A program made the position numbers and the translations under genes. 64,000 bases of DNA from Micavibrio sp. UBA1850 (GTDB lineage Bacteria > Pseudomonadota > Alphaproteobacteria > Micavibrionales > Micavibrionaceae), in NCBI GenBank assembly GCA_002338525.1, contig DDIM01000006.1, forward strand, positions 15,315 through 79,314. Direction: 5' to 3'. This document shows, piece by piece, positions 47,540-58,417 of the stretch; positions within the stretch are counted from its first letter, which is position 1; every line of letters starts with the position of its first letter. The notes below the pieces were generated by a model. The model saw nothing but the letters and a program-made list of their open reading frames with translations. It had not been told where the DNA came from and did not search any database.

Positions 47540-48952
47540 ATGCGTAAAATCCCCTTAGATATTGGTCCTTTGCACTTTGTAGGTATTGGAGGCATCGGTA
47601 TGAGTGGCATTGCCGAGATCCTCAACTCCATGAATTATGACGTGCAGGGCTCGGATATGAGCGAGAATGCAAACGTGAAAAGATTGCAGGATAAGGGAAT
47701 GACCGTCCATATTGGTCACAACGCTGATGTTATCACGGATGATATCGCAGCCGTCATTATCTCCTCTGCTGTTAAAGACGACAATGTCGAGCTTGTTGCG
47801 GCTCGCAAAAAACACATACCGATTGTCCGTCGTGCTGATATGCTGGCTGAGTTAATGCGTTTGAAGTGGGCTGTATCTGTTGGAGGAACACATGGAAAAA
47901 CGACCACAACCTCAATAGTTGGTGCTGTTTTAGAAGAAGGGCAACTTGATCCGACTGTCATCAATGGCGGTATTATCCACGCGTATGGTACAAACACGCG
48001 CCTCGGCGAAGGCCGTTGGATGGTTGTGGAATCTGATGAAAGTGATGGAACATTTACGCGATTGCCTTCAACGGTAGCCATTGTGACCAACATTGATCCA
48101 GAGCATATGGATCACTACGGGTCATTTGACGATGTTCGTGCTTCATACCGCCAATTCGTTGAGAATATCCCGTTTTACGGCTTTGGCGTTTTATGCTCAG
48201 ACCATCCTGAGGTTCAGGCGTTAATCGCACATGTCGGAGACAGAAAAATCGTAACTTACGGATTTAATCCGCAAGCTGACGTGCGCGCTATAAATGTTCG
48301 CTACGGACAAGATGGCAACACGTTCGATGTTAAAATTGGCGGCACTGACATCAAGGATATCTATTTACCTATGTTGGGAGACCACAACATCCAAAATGCG
48401 CTCGCCGCAATTACTGTTGCTGTTGAGCTGGAAATTCCTCATGCGGCAATCAAGAAAGCTTTGCGTCATTTCCAAGGGGTTAAGCGTCGCTTTACAAAAA
48501 CCGGGATCGTTAATGGTGTAACAATTGTTGATGATTATGGGCATCACCCCATTGAGATCAAGGCTGTCCTCAAGGCTGCAAGGCAATCGTTGGAGGATAC
48601 GGATAATAAGGTAATCGCTGTGATGCAACCGCATAGATATTCTCGATTGCATGAGCTAATGGATGATTTTTGTGCCTCGTTTAACCAAGCCGATACTGTA
48701 TATGTCTCTGATGTTTATGCCGCTGGCGAAAAACCAATTGACGGATCGGGCCATCATGAGTTGGTGAAGGGGATTGCGGCATTTGGACATAAAGATGTTC
48801 ACGTACTTGAGACGCCTGATAATTTGCCCTCTCTAATACATGAAAAGGCAAGTGCCGGAGATCTGGTGATATGTCTAGGGGCTGGTAATATCACACAATG
48901 GGCACAAGATCTTCCTGAGCAACTAAGACAATTTTCAAAAAAATCTGCTTAA
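47540..48952 (+). CDS. murC: UDP-N-acetylmuramate--L-alanine ligase
   Basis: [27 protein letters not shown] and DDYGHHP. Confidence 0.96.
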   Translation: MRKIPLDIGPLHFVGIGGIGMSGIAEILNSMNYDVQGSDMSENANVKRLQDKGMTVHIGHNADVITDDIAAVIISSAVKDDNVELVAARKKHIPIVRRADMLAELMRLKWAVSVGGTHGKTTTTSIVGAVLEEGQLDPTVINGGIIHAYGTNTRLGEGRWMVVESDESDGTFTRLPSTVAIVTNIDPEHMDHYGSFDDVRASYRQFVENIPFYGFGVLCSDHPEVQALIAHVGDRKIVTYGFNPQADVRAINVRYGQDGNTFDVKIGGTDIKDIYLPMLGDHNIQNALAAITVAVELEIPHAAIKKALRHFQGVKRRFTKTGIVNGVTIVDDYGHHPIEIKAVLKAARQSLEDTDNKVIAVMQPHRYSRLHELMDDFCASFNQADTVYVSDVYAAGEKPIDGSGHHELVKGIAAFGHKDVHVLETPDNLPSLIHEKASAGDLVICLGAGNITQWAQDLPEQLRQFSKKSA

Positions 48953-48981
48953 TAAAATAAAACAAAAATAATAAGAATAAA

Positions 48982-49944
48982 ATGATGCATATGCCGCAAT
49001 TTGGTGCTGAAGATAGATTAACAATCAATGACTTGCCTATGGTGCGAGGGCGCTATACTGAAAACGCGCCTCTTGGTGAGGTGGGGTGGTTTCGCACAGG
49101 CGGTCGCGCAGAAATTTTATATAAGCCCGCGGATAAGCAAGATTTGATCGATTTTCTCAAATCGTGTCCTAAGTCCATACCTGTACATGCAATTGGTGTG
49201 TTGTCTAACACGATTATTCGCGATGGCGGTCTAAGAGGTGTTGTTGTTCGTTTGGGGCGCGACTTTGCACATATTGATGATATGGGTGACCAGATTATAC
49301 ATGTGGGTGCAACAGCTCTTGACATGAATGTTGCGTTGAAGGCGGCACAATATGGAATAGGCGGTTTGGAATTCTTAAGTGGGATTCCTGGATGTATTGG
49401 CGGCGCACTAAAAATGAACGCAGGTGCCTACGGAACAGAGACGAAAGATGTGCTTGTTGAGGCGGAGTATGTGACGCGTGATGGCACGCTTGTCACCGCC
49501 ACAGCTGATGACTTGAATATGTCATATCGACACACTGACACGCCTGAGGGAGCCGTATTCTTAAGTGCTAAGCTTAAAGGGTTTCCTCAAGCAGAAGATG
49601 TGACGCAGGGCAAGATATCTGAGATCAAAGCCAAACGATCTGAATCGCAGCCGATCAAGGCTAAAACGGGGGGGTCGACATTTGCAAATCCAAGTGCAGA
49701 AGAGCTAAAATCAGTTGGTTTGCCAGAAGATATGCGTGTTTGGCAAATTATAGATGCCGTTGAGGGGCGAGGCCTAAGCATCGGTGGCGCGCAGATGTCC
49801 GAGCTTCATTGTAACTTCATGATTAATAATGGCGACGCCACATCACATGATCTCGAGCAGTTAGGCGATGAAATTAGGCATCGTGTGTTTAAAAAGTTTG
49901 GGTTACAATTACGGTGGGAAATACGCAGAGTCGGAGAAAAGTAA
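48982..49944 (+). CDS. murB: UDP-N-acetylenolpyruvoylglucosamine reductase
   Basis: FRTGGRAE, GIPGCIGGALKMNAGAYG and GGSTFANP. Confidence 0.93.
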   Translation: MMHMPQFGAEDRLTINDLPMVRGRYTENAPLGEVGWFRTGGRAEILYKPADKQDLIDFLKSCPKSIPVHAIGVLSNTIIRDGGLRGVVVRLGRDFAHIDDMGDQIIHVGATALDMNVALKAAQYGIGGLEFLSGIPGCIGGALKMNAGAYGTETKDVLVEAEYVTRDGTLVTATADDLNMSYRHTDTPEGAVFLSAKLKGFPQAEDVTQGKISEIKAKRSESQPIKAKTGGSTFANPSAEELKSVGLPEDMRVWQIIDAVEGRGLSIGGAQMSELHCNFMINNGDATSHDLEQLGDEIRHRVFKKFGLQLRWEIRRVGEK

Positions 49945-49947
49945 GCC

Positions 49948-50925
49948 ATGAACATGAAACATGATGTGCTTGATGTAGCGCTTTTGGTCGGGGGATGGTC
50001 GGCAGAACGTGCTGTATCGCTTGAAAAAGGAAAAACCGTAGAGGTCGCACTCATTGAGCTAGGCCATAATGTTCGGGTCATTGATGTTCAAAAAGATTTA
50101 CCATCCCTTATTCAGTCACTAACGCCTAAGCCGGATGTTGTGTTCAATAACCTTCATGGTACAGGTGGGGAAGATGGCGTCATTCAAGGTGTGTTAGAAA
50201 TGCTTGATATACCATACACGCACTCGGATGTGTGCGCCTCGGCGATTGCCATGGATAAACCGCGTACAAAAATTCTGGTTGAAACGGTCGGTGTGCCTAC
50301 GCCTAAAGGTGTTGTGCTTACAAAAAATCAAATTGTAAATGGTCAAATCCCTTACGCCCCCCCTTATGTTATAAAACCCCCTCATGAGGGCTCTAGTGTG
50401 GGTGTTCACATGATTCGCGCACAAGACAACCGCCCCATCAATATTGGTTTGGATATTGAAGATCATGACCTGCTATTGGTTGAAGAATATATCGCAGGAC
50501 GCGAGTTGACGGTAGCGGTGCTGGATGGCAAGGCGCAGGCTGTTACAGAAATTGTCTCTCATACAGAATTCTTTGATTATGAAGCAAAATACCAAGATCA
50601 AACGACAGAATATGTTCTTCCTGCAAAAATTTCATCAGACATATACGATTTAGCCTTGGATTATGCTGAGCGCGTGTATAATATTGTAGGATGTGCTGGT
50701 TTGGCGCGTTGTGATTTTCGTTTTGATGAAAGCTTGGGCACAGAAGGCCTCTTTCTTTTGGAAATCAACACACAGCCAGGCTTTACGGCGCAATCAATCG
50801 GCCCCTCTCAGGTCATCTACAACGGAACATCATTTAATGCGCTTTGTGAGCGTCTCATCGAAACTGCTTTATGCCCAAAAAACGAAAACAAAATAGTAAA
50901 ATTCTCAAAAAGAAAAGTCGCCTAA
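49948..50925 (+). CDS. ddl: D-alanine--D-alanine ligase
   Basis: GGWSAERAVSL, HGTGGEDG, KP..EGSSVG and LEINTQPG. Confidence 0.95.
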   Translation: MNMKHDVLDVALLVGGWSAERAVSLEKGKTVEVALIELGHNVRVIDVQKDLPSLIQSLTPKPDVVFNNLHGTGGEDGVIQGVLEMLDIPYTHSDVCASAIAMDKPRTKILVETVGVPTPKGVVLTKNQIVNGQIPYAPPYVIKPPHEGSSVGVHMIRAQDNRPINIGLDIEDHDLLLVEEYIAGRELTVAVLDGKAQAVTEIVSHTEFFDYEAKYQDQTTEYVLPAKISSDIYDLALDYAERVYNIVGCAGLARCDFRFDESLGTEGLFLLEINTQPGFTAQSIGPSQVIYNGTSFNALCERLIETALCPKNENKIVKFSKRKVA

Positions 50926-51761
50926 CGCGTGATGCCTTTATTAAGGTCGCGCGCCGTACAGGGATTATCGTTTGCGCGCTTGCCGCACTATTGTGGGTGG
51001 GGGCATGGGTATGGTTTGGCGGCCTTATTCAGCAAGGCGCTTCATGGACTGAGCAAAAAATATACGCAGTCACTGCGGATGCAGGCTTTCAACTCGATAA
51101 TCTATTGGTTGAGGGGCGTGAAAATCTATCGGCTGATACCGTCATGCAGATTTTGGACATAGAGCAAGGGCAATCTTTGTTTGCAGCAGACTTAGAGGAT
51201 GTCCGCATGCGCCTTGAGGCGCTTGAGTGGGTTGAAACAGTTGTTGTTCAGCGCCGCGCGCCTAATGATTTGTATATTAAAATTACAGAGCGCCAGCCCA
51301 TTGCACTGTGGAAACGCGCTGGACAAAATAACCTTTTCTTAATTGATCACAAAGGCCACGTCATTGATGTGCCGTTATTGTCAAAGTTCAAAGATCTTAT
51401 AATCATCTCGGGCGAAGGTGGGCGCGATGAGGCGTTTTCTTTGATATCTCAATTAGCCATCTACCCCGAGATTTTATCAAATGTTGATGTGGCACAGTTC
51501 ATAAGTGATCGTCGTTGGGATTTTGTCACCAAGGCAGGCATTCGCATTCAAATGCCCGAAGACAATTTTGATTATGCGTTGGGTCGTCTTGAACAGTTGC
51601 GTATTCAATCCGAAATATTGGCACAGCCCATAGATTTGTTGGATTTGAGACAAGAAGATCGCGTTGTAGCACGCCCAAGCGAGGGGCATGTTTTAGAGTA
51701 TGATTACATTGCGCCTGTTAGCACAAAAGCAGGTGAGGGAGCGTCAGGCTATGAGCTTTAA
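50871..51761 (+). CDS. ftsQ: Cell division protein FtsQ
   Basis: Basic N terminus, a single TM helix, POTRA-like ...VVVQRRAPNDLYIKITERQPIALW, and position. It overlaps the ddl end by 55 nt, and there is no later in-frame start before the TM helix. Confidence 0.85.
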   Translation: MPKKRKQNSKILKKKSRLTRDAFIKVARRTGIIVCALAALLWVGAWVWFGGLIQQGASWTEQKIYAVTADAGFQLDNLLVEGRENLSADTVMQILDIEQGQSLFAADLEDVRMRLEALEWVETVVVQRRAPNDLYIKITERQPIALWKRAGQNNLFLIDHKGHVIDVPLLSKFKDLIIISGEGGRDEAFSLISQLAIYPEILSNVDVAQFISDRRWDFVTKAGIRIQMPEDNFDYALGRLEQLRIQSEILAQPIDLLDLRQEDRVVARPSEGHVLEYDYIAPVSTKAGEGASGYEL

Positions 51762-53022
51762 ACAACCATTAAAAGCAGGGTCTATTATTGCCACTCTTGA
51801 TGTCGGCTCAAGCAAAGTTTCGTGCTTCATTGCGCAAATGACAGATGATAACGGCGGGTTTGAAATTGTAGGCGTGGGTCACCAAGCGGCACAAGGCGTT
51901 AAAAACGGGATCATTACAGATATATACCAAGCGGAAATAGCAATTTCTAATGCGGTTCATGTTGCTGAAAAGATGGCCTCAAAAATCATAAAAGGATATC
52001 CCTTGCGTGATATCGTGCTGGCTGTGCCTGCTACATCATCATCATCACATTACATGGATGCGCATGTTCAGATGATGCGCCAGACTGTGACGGAAAATGA
52101 TGTGCGACGCGCGCTTGCAAAGGCGCAAATCAAGGCACAAAAAGATGATCGGGAAATTGTACACACCATTCCTGTCGATTATGTACTGGATGGACATAAA
52201 GGCATTCAAAGTCCTTATGGCATGAGCGGTCAGGTCATGGATATTGACATTCATATGCTGGACGCGGATTTTTCACACCTCAAGCATATCAGCCAATGTA
52301 CTGAACAAAATCATCTGGATATTGTCTCCCTTTGTTCTGCTCCATATGCGGCGGGGCTGGCCATGTTGGTCGAAGATGAGATCGAGCTAGGCTCAATCGT
52401 AATTGATATGGGCGCAAATATTACCTCATATGCCGTCTTCCAATCGGGGCGATTGTTGTATGCTGGCGCAGTGCCAGTCGGCGGGCATCACATTACATCT
52501 GATATCGCACATGGCCTCACAGCCACGCTTGCAGATGCCGAGCGTATAAAAACACTTTATGGAAGTGCATTGGCGACAATTAGCGATGAGCATGAATATA
52601 TAGATGTACCCATGATGGGGGAGCAATCAGGCAAGGGTGAGCAGCAGGTTACGCGCGCGCTCCTCATAAACATTATACAAGCCCGCCTTGAAGAAACGTT
52701 CGAGATGGTAAGGCAAGGACTTGCCGATTCAGGCGTAGAAGCGGCGCAATGCCGACGCGTCGTCCTGACAGGTGGGGGGAGCCTTATGCCAAACGTGCAA
52801 GATTTAGCGCAACGAATTTTAAGTAAGCAAGTGCGATGCTCTCAAACATTGAAGGTCAAGGGCTTACCAGATGCAACAAGCGGGCCTGGTTTTGCCGTGT
52901 CTATGGGCTTGATTAAATACTACTCCGAGCGGCCTCACGAGATGCCAATGGAGATTGCCTCTTATGCTGATTCTCGCTCGGTTGTTGAAAAATTCAAAAG
53001 CTGGTTTAAAGAAAACTGGTAG
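51751..53022 (+). CDS. ftsA: Cell division protein FtsA
   Basis: ATLDVGSSKVSCFIA, VIDMGANITS and VLTGGGSLMP actin-fold motifs. The ATG at 51751 overlaps the ftsQ stop. Confidence 0.93.
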   Translation: MSFKQPLKAGSIIATLDVGSSKVSCFIAQMTDDNGGFEIVGVGHQAAQGVKNGIITDIYQAEIAISNAVHVAEKMASKIIKGYPLRDIVLAVPATSSSSHYMDAHVQMMRQTVTENDVRRALAKAQIKAQKDDREIVHTIPVDYVLDGHKGIQSPYGMSGQVMDIDIHMLDADFSHLKHISQCTEQNHLDIVSLCSAPYAAGLAMLVEDEIELGSIVIDMGANITSYAVFQSGRLLYAGAVPVGGHHITSDIAHGLTATLADAERIKTLYGSALATISDEHEYIDVPMMGEQSGKGEQQVTRALLINIIQARLEETFEMVRQGLADSGVEAAQCRRVVLTGGGSLMPNVQDLAQRILSKQVRCSQTLKVKGLPDATSGPGFAVSMGLIKYYSERPHEMPMEIASYADSRSVVEKFKSWFKENW

Positions 53023-53057
53023 GTCTATACCTTTCCTAAATGCGGATACTTCTTGAT

Positions 53058-53094
53058 TGTGGATAAAACTGATCTATTTATACACTTATCCACA
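53058..53094. promoter_or_regulatory. Two perfect consensus DnaA boxes in inverted orientation (TGTGGATAA-N19-TTATCCACA) in the ftsA-ftsZ intergenic region
   Basis: TGTGGATAA at 53058-53066 and TTATCCACA at 53086-53094. Confidence 0.55.
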
Positions 53095-53149
53095 GGCTCT
53101 GTTCTGAGCCAGGATTTCGTTGACGAAAGGTTTGAAGGCAGAAAAAAAT

Positions 53150-53175
53150 GAATCGCGAGAATCGGTTACGGACTC
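53150..53175. promoter_or_regulatory. Cluster of three GANTC (CcrM-type methylation) sites upstream of ftsZ
   Basis: GAATC at 53150-53154, GAATC at 53159-53163 and GACTC at 53171-53175, all within 26 bp. Confidence 0.4.
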
Positions 53176-53351
53176 TCTTTGATGTATTTGTTCAGATGTA
53201 GCTAAGGCTTGTTATTCATTTTTTTGTTAATTGTCTGGAAAACGTGCTTTTTTATTAGGTTATTTGCGCATACCCTAAATAAATAGAGCGAATCACTTTC
53301 GTTCATATTTGCTTTAAATGACTATATAATTATCCAGCTCTGGAGGTTTAA

Positions 53352-55136
53352 ATGATTAATGTTCGTCCAACACAACCCACTCAAAGACAAAGCCTGAGTC
53401 CCAAGATTACGATCTTTGGTGTCGGCGGAGCTGGGGGTAACGCTGTGAATAACATGATCGAAGAAAATCTCGCAGGTGTTGAGTTCGTCGTTTGTAACAC
53501 AGACGCACAAGCACTAGAGCAAAGCGCATGTAACACAAAAATTCAACTTGGAGCAAATGTAACAGCTGGACTAGGTGCAGGCGCAAAGCCAGAAATTGGA
53601 CGTATGGCAGCCGAAGAATCTTTGGACGAGGTTTTGGCGCACATTGAAGACACGAATATGGTGTTTGTAACCGCTGGTATGGGCGGCGGAACAGGAACCG
53701 GCGCAGCGCCAACGATTGCTAAAGCATGCCGTGAGCGCGATGTATTGACAGTCGGTGTTGTGACAAAACCTTTCCACTTCGAAGGAACGCTTCGTATGAA
53801 GATGGCCGAAGAGGGAATTAAGGAAATGCAAGAATACGTAGATACGTTGATTGTTATTCCAAACCAAAACTTATTCCGTATCGCAAACGAAAAGACAACA
53901 TTTGCTGAAGCCTTTAAGATGGCCGACAGCGTGTTACAATCTGGCGTGCGCGGCGTAACAGACCTAATTGTAAACCCTGGTTTGATCAACCTAGACTTTG
54001 CTGACATTCGCTCAATTATGCTTGAGATGGGTAAAGCGGTAATGGGTACAGGTGAGGCAACATCTGATAAACGTGCCATCGAAGCCGCTGAAAAAGCCAT
54101 CAGCAACCCACTTCTGGATGATATGTCTATGAAGGGTGCGAAGGGTGTTATCATTAACGTTACTGGTGGTTCAGACATGACACTGTTTGAAGCAGATGAA
54201 GCATGTAACCGTATACGTGATGAAGTTGATCCAGACGCAAATATCATCTTTGGAACATCTTTTGACGAGACAATGGACGGCGCAATGCGTGTATCTATTG
54301 TCGCAACAGGAATTGATAAAGAAACGACACGTAAGACAAAGCCATTTTCAACAGGTGGAGGCCTTGAAAGAGCGCGTCCGATTACAACAGGCACTGCAAA
54401 CACAACGTCTCGCGGCACAGCAACAGCAGGTTCTGGATTTGGGAGCGTTTCGGCATCACAAGCATCAGTAAATAGTTCTTCAAGATCAATGGGCACGTCA
54501 CAAAGTTCTTCTGGTCTAGGTTCGTCTCAACAGTCTTCTGAAGAGACAAGTGAGTCTGTTCAAACTGACCTTGTACAGCAATTAGAAGAACAAAAAATTG
54601 AGGTCACTGAACCTCGTCGTGGCACAACACACGGTGAATCATTTATTCCACCAAAAGCCGCACAGCCTGAGGAGTTTGCAGATAGTGTAAGTTATGCCTC
54701 TGGTACAACTACAGGGTCATATGCGACGCATCAGTCACGTCAAGTGAACATGCAGCAGCAACCAACAACGGCCTCTACAAGCCCTTCAATTTCAATGACA
54801 ACGCAGCAGCAGATGCAACAGCCTCGTGGAACAACACCCTCTTTGAACTTGCAACCGCCAGTTCCTGGTTCGAACAAGGTTAAAAAACCACAAAGCTTGT
54901 TTGACCGTATCAAAAACGTAGGCTGGGGCTCAGACGAAACAGACGATCTTTCAACAACACAAGAAACAGAGTCTAACAACGGCGAGACGCAAACAACAAG
55001 CGGCGGCCTAGGTTTAAAAGCACCACAAAGACCGTCTTCATCAGGACAGCTTAACGTTGCAAGCTCAAACCCTTCAAAAGGTAACTTTGAAGATGAGCTA
55101 GACATCCCGGCTTTCCTTCGTCGCGAAGCCAACTAA
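53352..55136 (+). CDS. ftsZ: Cell division GTPase FtsZ with long S/T/Q-rich linker
   Basis: [13 protein letters not shown] and [12 protein letters not shown] tubulin signatures, a ~240-aa low-complexity linker, and the C-terminal peptide [11 protein letters not shown]. Confidence 0.98.
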   Translation: MINVRPTQPTQRQSLSPKITIFGVGGAGGNAVNNMIEENLAGVEFVVCNTDAQALEQSACNTKIQLGANVTAGLGAGAKPEIGRMAAEESLDEVLAHIEDTNMVFVTAGMGGGTGTGAAPTIAKACRERDVLTVGVVTKPFHFEGTLRMKMAEEGIKEMQEYVDTLIVIPNQNLFRIANEKTTFAEAFKMADSVLQSGVRGVTDLIVNPGLINLDFADIRSIMLEMGKAVMGTGEATSDKRAIEAAEKAISNPLLDDMSMKGAKGVIINVTGGSDMTLFEADEACNRIRDEVDPDANIIFGTSFDETMDGAMRVSIVATGIDKETTRKTKPFSTGGGLERARPITTGTANTTSRGTATAGSGFGSVSASQASVNSSSRSMGTSQSSSGLGSSQQSSEETSESVQTDLVQQLEEQKIEVTEPRRGTTHGESFIPPKAAQPEEFADSVSYASGTTTGSYATHQSRQVNMQQQPTTASTSPSISMTTQQQMQQPRGTTPSLNLQPPVPGSNKVKKPQSLFDRIKNVGWGSDETDDLSTTQETESNNGETQTTSGGLGLKAPQRPSSSGQLNVASSNPSKGNFEDELDIPAFLRREAN

Positions 55137-55166
55137 GGTTGCTAATTAAAAATTAGGTTTAAAGGA

Positions 55167-55193
55167 ACAGCTCGTTTTTGAGCTGTTTTTTTT
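55167..55193 (+). terminator. Rho-independent terminator after ftsZ
   Basis: ACAGCTC-GTTTTT-GAGCTGT perfect 7-bp stem followed by T8. Confidence 0.7.
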
Positions 55194-55231
55194 AGGCTGT
55201 TTTTTTGTGGCGTGAAAAATGATTTATTAAT

Positions 55232-55852
55232 TTACGGACGTTTATTCCACTCAGTAATTTTCCAAAACTTTTGGTTATCATCTTTTTCAAGGACGCAAAA
55301 CGCGCCCGTTGAGACTTTCAAATCTTGTGTAAAATGCTCTGTTGTTTCAAGGAGGTGGGGTAGAAAACGGGCGACACCATTTGATGTGATGGCCAAAATA
55401 GTCTCTCCGTGGTGGTTTTCAACGCACATCTGCGCAAACTCTTTAAGGTCTTGAATAATTTGTTTTGTATCTACAATCCATCCTTGGGGAGGGGTGGCTG
55501 TTTCGTTCCATTTTTCTATGGCCTCAATGCCAATACGTTCAATGACCTTGTCTTCTGGCATGTTTTCGTCAGGCCCATAGTCAATTTCATTAAAAACAGG
55601 AAGAGCCTTTGCCGAGGCGTTCAGCATGGCTGTTTCTTTAATGATTGCGGCCATCTCAATGGTGCGTTTTAATTCCGATGTATAAATTGCAGTTGGGGTA
55701 ATGCCCTTGTCTTTAAAATACGTGCCAATACGCAAAGCTTGTGTACGGCCGCTTTCAACAAGGGGAATATCAGTGCGGCATCCTACGCGTGTAGGTGTCT
55801 GGTCAGATGTAAAGGTATTGCCGTGGCGGGCGACGATCAATCTAGTGCTCAT
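55232..55852 (-). CDS. Histidine phosphatase (phosphoglycerate mutase) family protein
   Basis: LIVARHGNT (RHG motif), and SELKRT. 4-nt overlap with kdsB. Confidence 0.75.
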   Translation of the reverse strand: MSTRLIVARHGNTFTSDQTPTRVGCRTDIPLVESGRTQALRIGTYFKDKGITPTAIYTSELKRTIEMAAIIKETAMLNASAKALPVFNEIDYGPDENMPEDKVIERIGIEAIEKWNETATPPQGWIVDTKQIIQDLKEFAQMCVENHHGETILAITSNGVARFLPHLLETTEHFTQDLKVSTGAFCVLEKDDNQKFWKITEWNKRP

Positions 55853-56667
55853 GATCGGGCCGCTCTTTCCAGCATTGCCTCTGCGCGTTCTACATCCTCT
55901 GGAGAATCAATGCCTGCTTGCGCAAGTCCCATATCCACTTCAACAGGAACCGCCGTAATCTCAATTCCATTTTCGATCATGCGCAGTTGTTCTAACCCCT
56001 CTAGTTGCTCGTACGTGCCAAGGGGGAGTTCGACAAATGTCTTTAAGGTATCAAGTGCGTAGCCATATAGGCCTAAATGTTGATGAACAGGAGAAAACGC
56101 GCTTTCGAGCCTAAGTGATTCTTCTTTACGCATTGCAGGCAATATATTTTTTGAAAACCATAAAGCTTTGTAGCCAGCTTTTGCATCTCTTGTAACAATC
56201 GCCGTTGTGCCACTAAAAGGTGTTACTTTTTTATGTGTTCTTAATGTGTCTAATTCAGCCCATCGAAGGGGGATGACAGGGGTGGCTATTCTCGTGTCAG
56301 GTTTATTTTGAAGCGTTGAAATAAGCGCCTCTATAACATGCAATGGCGTAAAAGGCGCATCGCCTTGTAGGCCAATTACAAAATCAGGTTTAATGGAAAG
56401 CGTAAGCGCTGCTTCTAAAATACGATCAGACCCTGTTTCACAGCTATCAGATGTCATTATGCATTGTACATCAATGTCTTTGCAATGCTGTGCGATCCGC
56501 TCATCTTCGGTGGCAACGGCCAATTGAATATTGGGAAAGCGCTCTTTTACGCTTCGGCCAAGAGAGACGACGCGCGATAGCATGCTTTCGCCAGCAATCT
56601 TAACGAGGGGTTTTCCAGGAAAGCGTGTAGAGCCATAACGGGCTGGTATAATAAGGGCAATATTCAT
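55849..56667 (-). CDS. kdsB: 3-deoxy-manno-octulosonate cytidylyltransferase
   Basis: IIPARYGSTRFPGKPL and LQGDAP motifs. Confidence 0.9.
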   Translation of the reverse strand: MNIALIIPARYGSTRFPGKPLVKIAGESMLSRVVSLGRSVKERFPNIQLAVATEDERIAQHCKDIDVQCIMTSDSCETGSDRILEAALTLSIKPDFVIGLQGDAPFTPLHVIEALISTLQNKPDTRIATPVIPLRWAELDTLRTHKKVTPFSGTTAIVTRDAKAGYKALWFSKNILPAMRKEESLRLESAFSPVHQHLGLYGYALDTLKTFVELPLGTYEQLEGLEQLRMIENGIEITAVPVEVDMGLAQAGIDSPEDVERAEAMLERAARS

Positions 56668-56680
56668 ATCAAAAAGTAGA

Positions 56681-58387
56681 TTAGTTCATTTCTTGATGCT
56701 TTGAAATAATATCTTTGTAAAAATTAATTGTGTCAGGTTCTGCGGGATATTGAAGTCCGTGAAATGCAATCGTTGCGGCTTCATTGAGGCGATCTTGTTC
56801 GATCAAGATATTCAAAAAATACGCGCGAATGGTTTGATTTGACGGGTCTTTTTGCATGGCGTCCCACATCTTGCCTTTTGCCTGTTTGACCTCACCTTTT
56901 TGCAGCGCCATCAAGCCTTGTATAAATGACGGCATAGCGCAAGGATCACAACGCGTTTGAGCATTATCAAGCGCCGTCACATCTCCACGTTTACCAGAGA
57001 CCATCAAATGTTCATAAAAATAAGGGCTGCCCCATGCTTCCACCTGTTCTATCTTGTCGAACGCGGCGTTTGCGTCCATACGCATCATATCGTCTTTTGC
57101 TAATTGAGTAAGATAGATTGACCCTGCCGCTTGTATCGATAAAGCGCATATAATAACGGTAAACATAACAATAGCTATCTTATGAATTTTAAGATGTGTG
57201 ACCTTATTTTGGCTCATAAGGCATGTATCAAAATAAGCCAAACATAGACCTAAGATGAATAAAAAAGGCATTGCCAAATAAAGGTATGTGAAATGCCCTT
57301 GTACAAATAAGCCAAGAACCACCGCAGCGCAGATGACGGCAACAGGGGAAAGTGCTTTACGGGCTTTGAATATCGACACTAACAAAACACACCAGAATAA
57401 ATACCAGCACAGCGCGCCAAAAATGCCAATTTCGCTGAGTATTTGTAAACCATCCCAATGGGCCCAATCGCCAACAGATGGGTCTAAAGGCAGTCGATAT
57501 GGCGGATAGTTGAGGTAAAATGTTCCAAAGCCTGTGCCGGTCGAAATATGGTCTTTTGCAAGCGTCCACGCACCCTGCCATATCACGATACGGCCATTTG
57601 TGATGTCGTGGGCGGCGCTTGAAAAACTCTGCCAAACACGCATGAAGGCATCAGTATCAAGCGCGTAGAAAATTGAACCCAGTATAAAATACGTGGCAAC
57701 GAAACCAAAACCCCATCTGAGTTTTTGTGCACGGCCCAAAAACAGCCAGATAAAACCTGTCGTTGAAAGGGCTGCAACCAATCCAGAACGAGAACCTGTA
57801 AGCATTAAAATAATGAGTAAGAAAATAGCAGTGATAAGCCATAAAGCTTTACTCACCTTTGCGCTAGGTGCAGCTAACGCAGCAAACCCAATAGAAATTG
57901 TTAAGCACACAACAATAAAGGCAGAAAATAAATTAGGATTTGCAAAAATAAAAGTCAGGCGATTTGCGTTAATCAAGTAGCTTTGAAGTCCGCCTATAAG
58001 CCCACAAGAAACACCCACTATGACGAGAAGATAAAGGCCTAATGGTGTTTTTTGTGCATTGGTGGTGGTTCGCCCTATGAAATAGGTGAGGGGCATGATT
58101 GATAAAACAAGAAAGCTCGCCAAACTAGCGTAGGAGACATTTGACCAAAAAATAGAAAGGGCACAAATGCCACAAAAGGCAAAATAGATTAATGTATGAA
58201 AGGGAACTTCAACCTGCTTGTTGTTCGACCATGCGATAATGAGTGCAACCGTACAAAACACGAGTGCCGGCATAAACGAAATGCCCATTCCTCCTGCAAA
58301 AAACAGTGTACATAGCCCGCCAGACAAAGCAAATAGGCTTATTGCCATGTGGCGAGACGTGATGGCTGCGCCATAAGTATTTCTCAT
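56681..58387 (-). CDS. O-antigen ligase / Wzy_C-family polytopic membrane protein with C-terminal TPR-like domain
   Basis: ~12 TM helices. LTGSRSGLVAA followed by a large loop (GTGFGTF...H..) is typical of Wzy_C. The soluble ~150-aa C terminus has helical repeats. Confidence 0.6.
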   Translation of the reverse strand: MRNTYGAAITSRHMAISLFALSGGLCTLFFAGGMGISFMPALVFCTVALIIAWSNNKQVEVPFHTLIYFAFCGICALSIFWSNVSYASLASFLVLSIMPLTYFIGRTTTNAQKTPLGLYLLVIVGVSCGLIGGLQSYLINANRLTFIFANPNLFSAFIVVCLTISIGFAALAAPSAKVSKALWLITAIFLLIILMLTGSRSGLVAALSTTGFIWLFLGRAQKLRWGFGFVATYFILGSIFYALDTDAFMRVWQSFSSAAHDITNGRIVIWQGAWTLAKDHISTGTGFGTFYLNYPPYRLPLDPSVGDWAHWDGLQILSEIGIFGALCWYLFWCVLLVSIFKARKALSPVAVICAAVVLGLFVQGHFTYLYLAMPFLFILGLCLAYFDTCLMSQNKVTHLKIHKIAIVMFTVIICALSIQAAGSIYLTQLAKDDMMRMDANAAFDKIEQVEAWGSPYFYEHLMVSGKRGDVTALDNAQTRCDPCAMPSFIQGLMALQKGEVKQAKGKMWDAMQKDPSNQTIRAYFLNILIEQDRLNEAATIAFHGLQYPAEPDTINFYKDIISKHQEMN

Positions 58388-58417
58388 TTAATAACCCTAT
58401 TTATTTGCGATCGTGCT

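Noticed and set aside
53543-54496. 317-aa ORF antisense to ftsZ
   Set aside because: It lies entirely inside the unambiguous ftsZ coding region. Its translation is low-complexity (Ala/Pro/Ser/Val-rich), as expected from reading Gly/Ala/Thr-rich codons backwards. There is no RBS or motif support.
56681-58387. Wzy_C-family protein as a pilin O-glycosyltransferase (PglL/TfpO-like) for the filament locus
   Set aside because: It is 30 kb from the locus and directly adjacent to kdsB, so an LPS or O-antigen role is the simpler reading. I see no sequence feature that discriminates the two.
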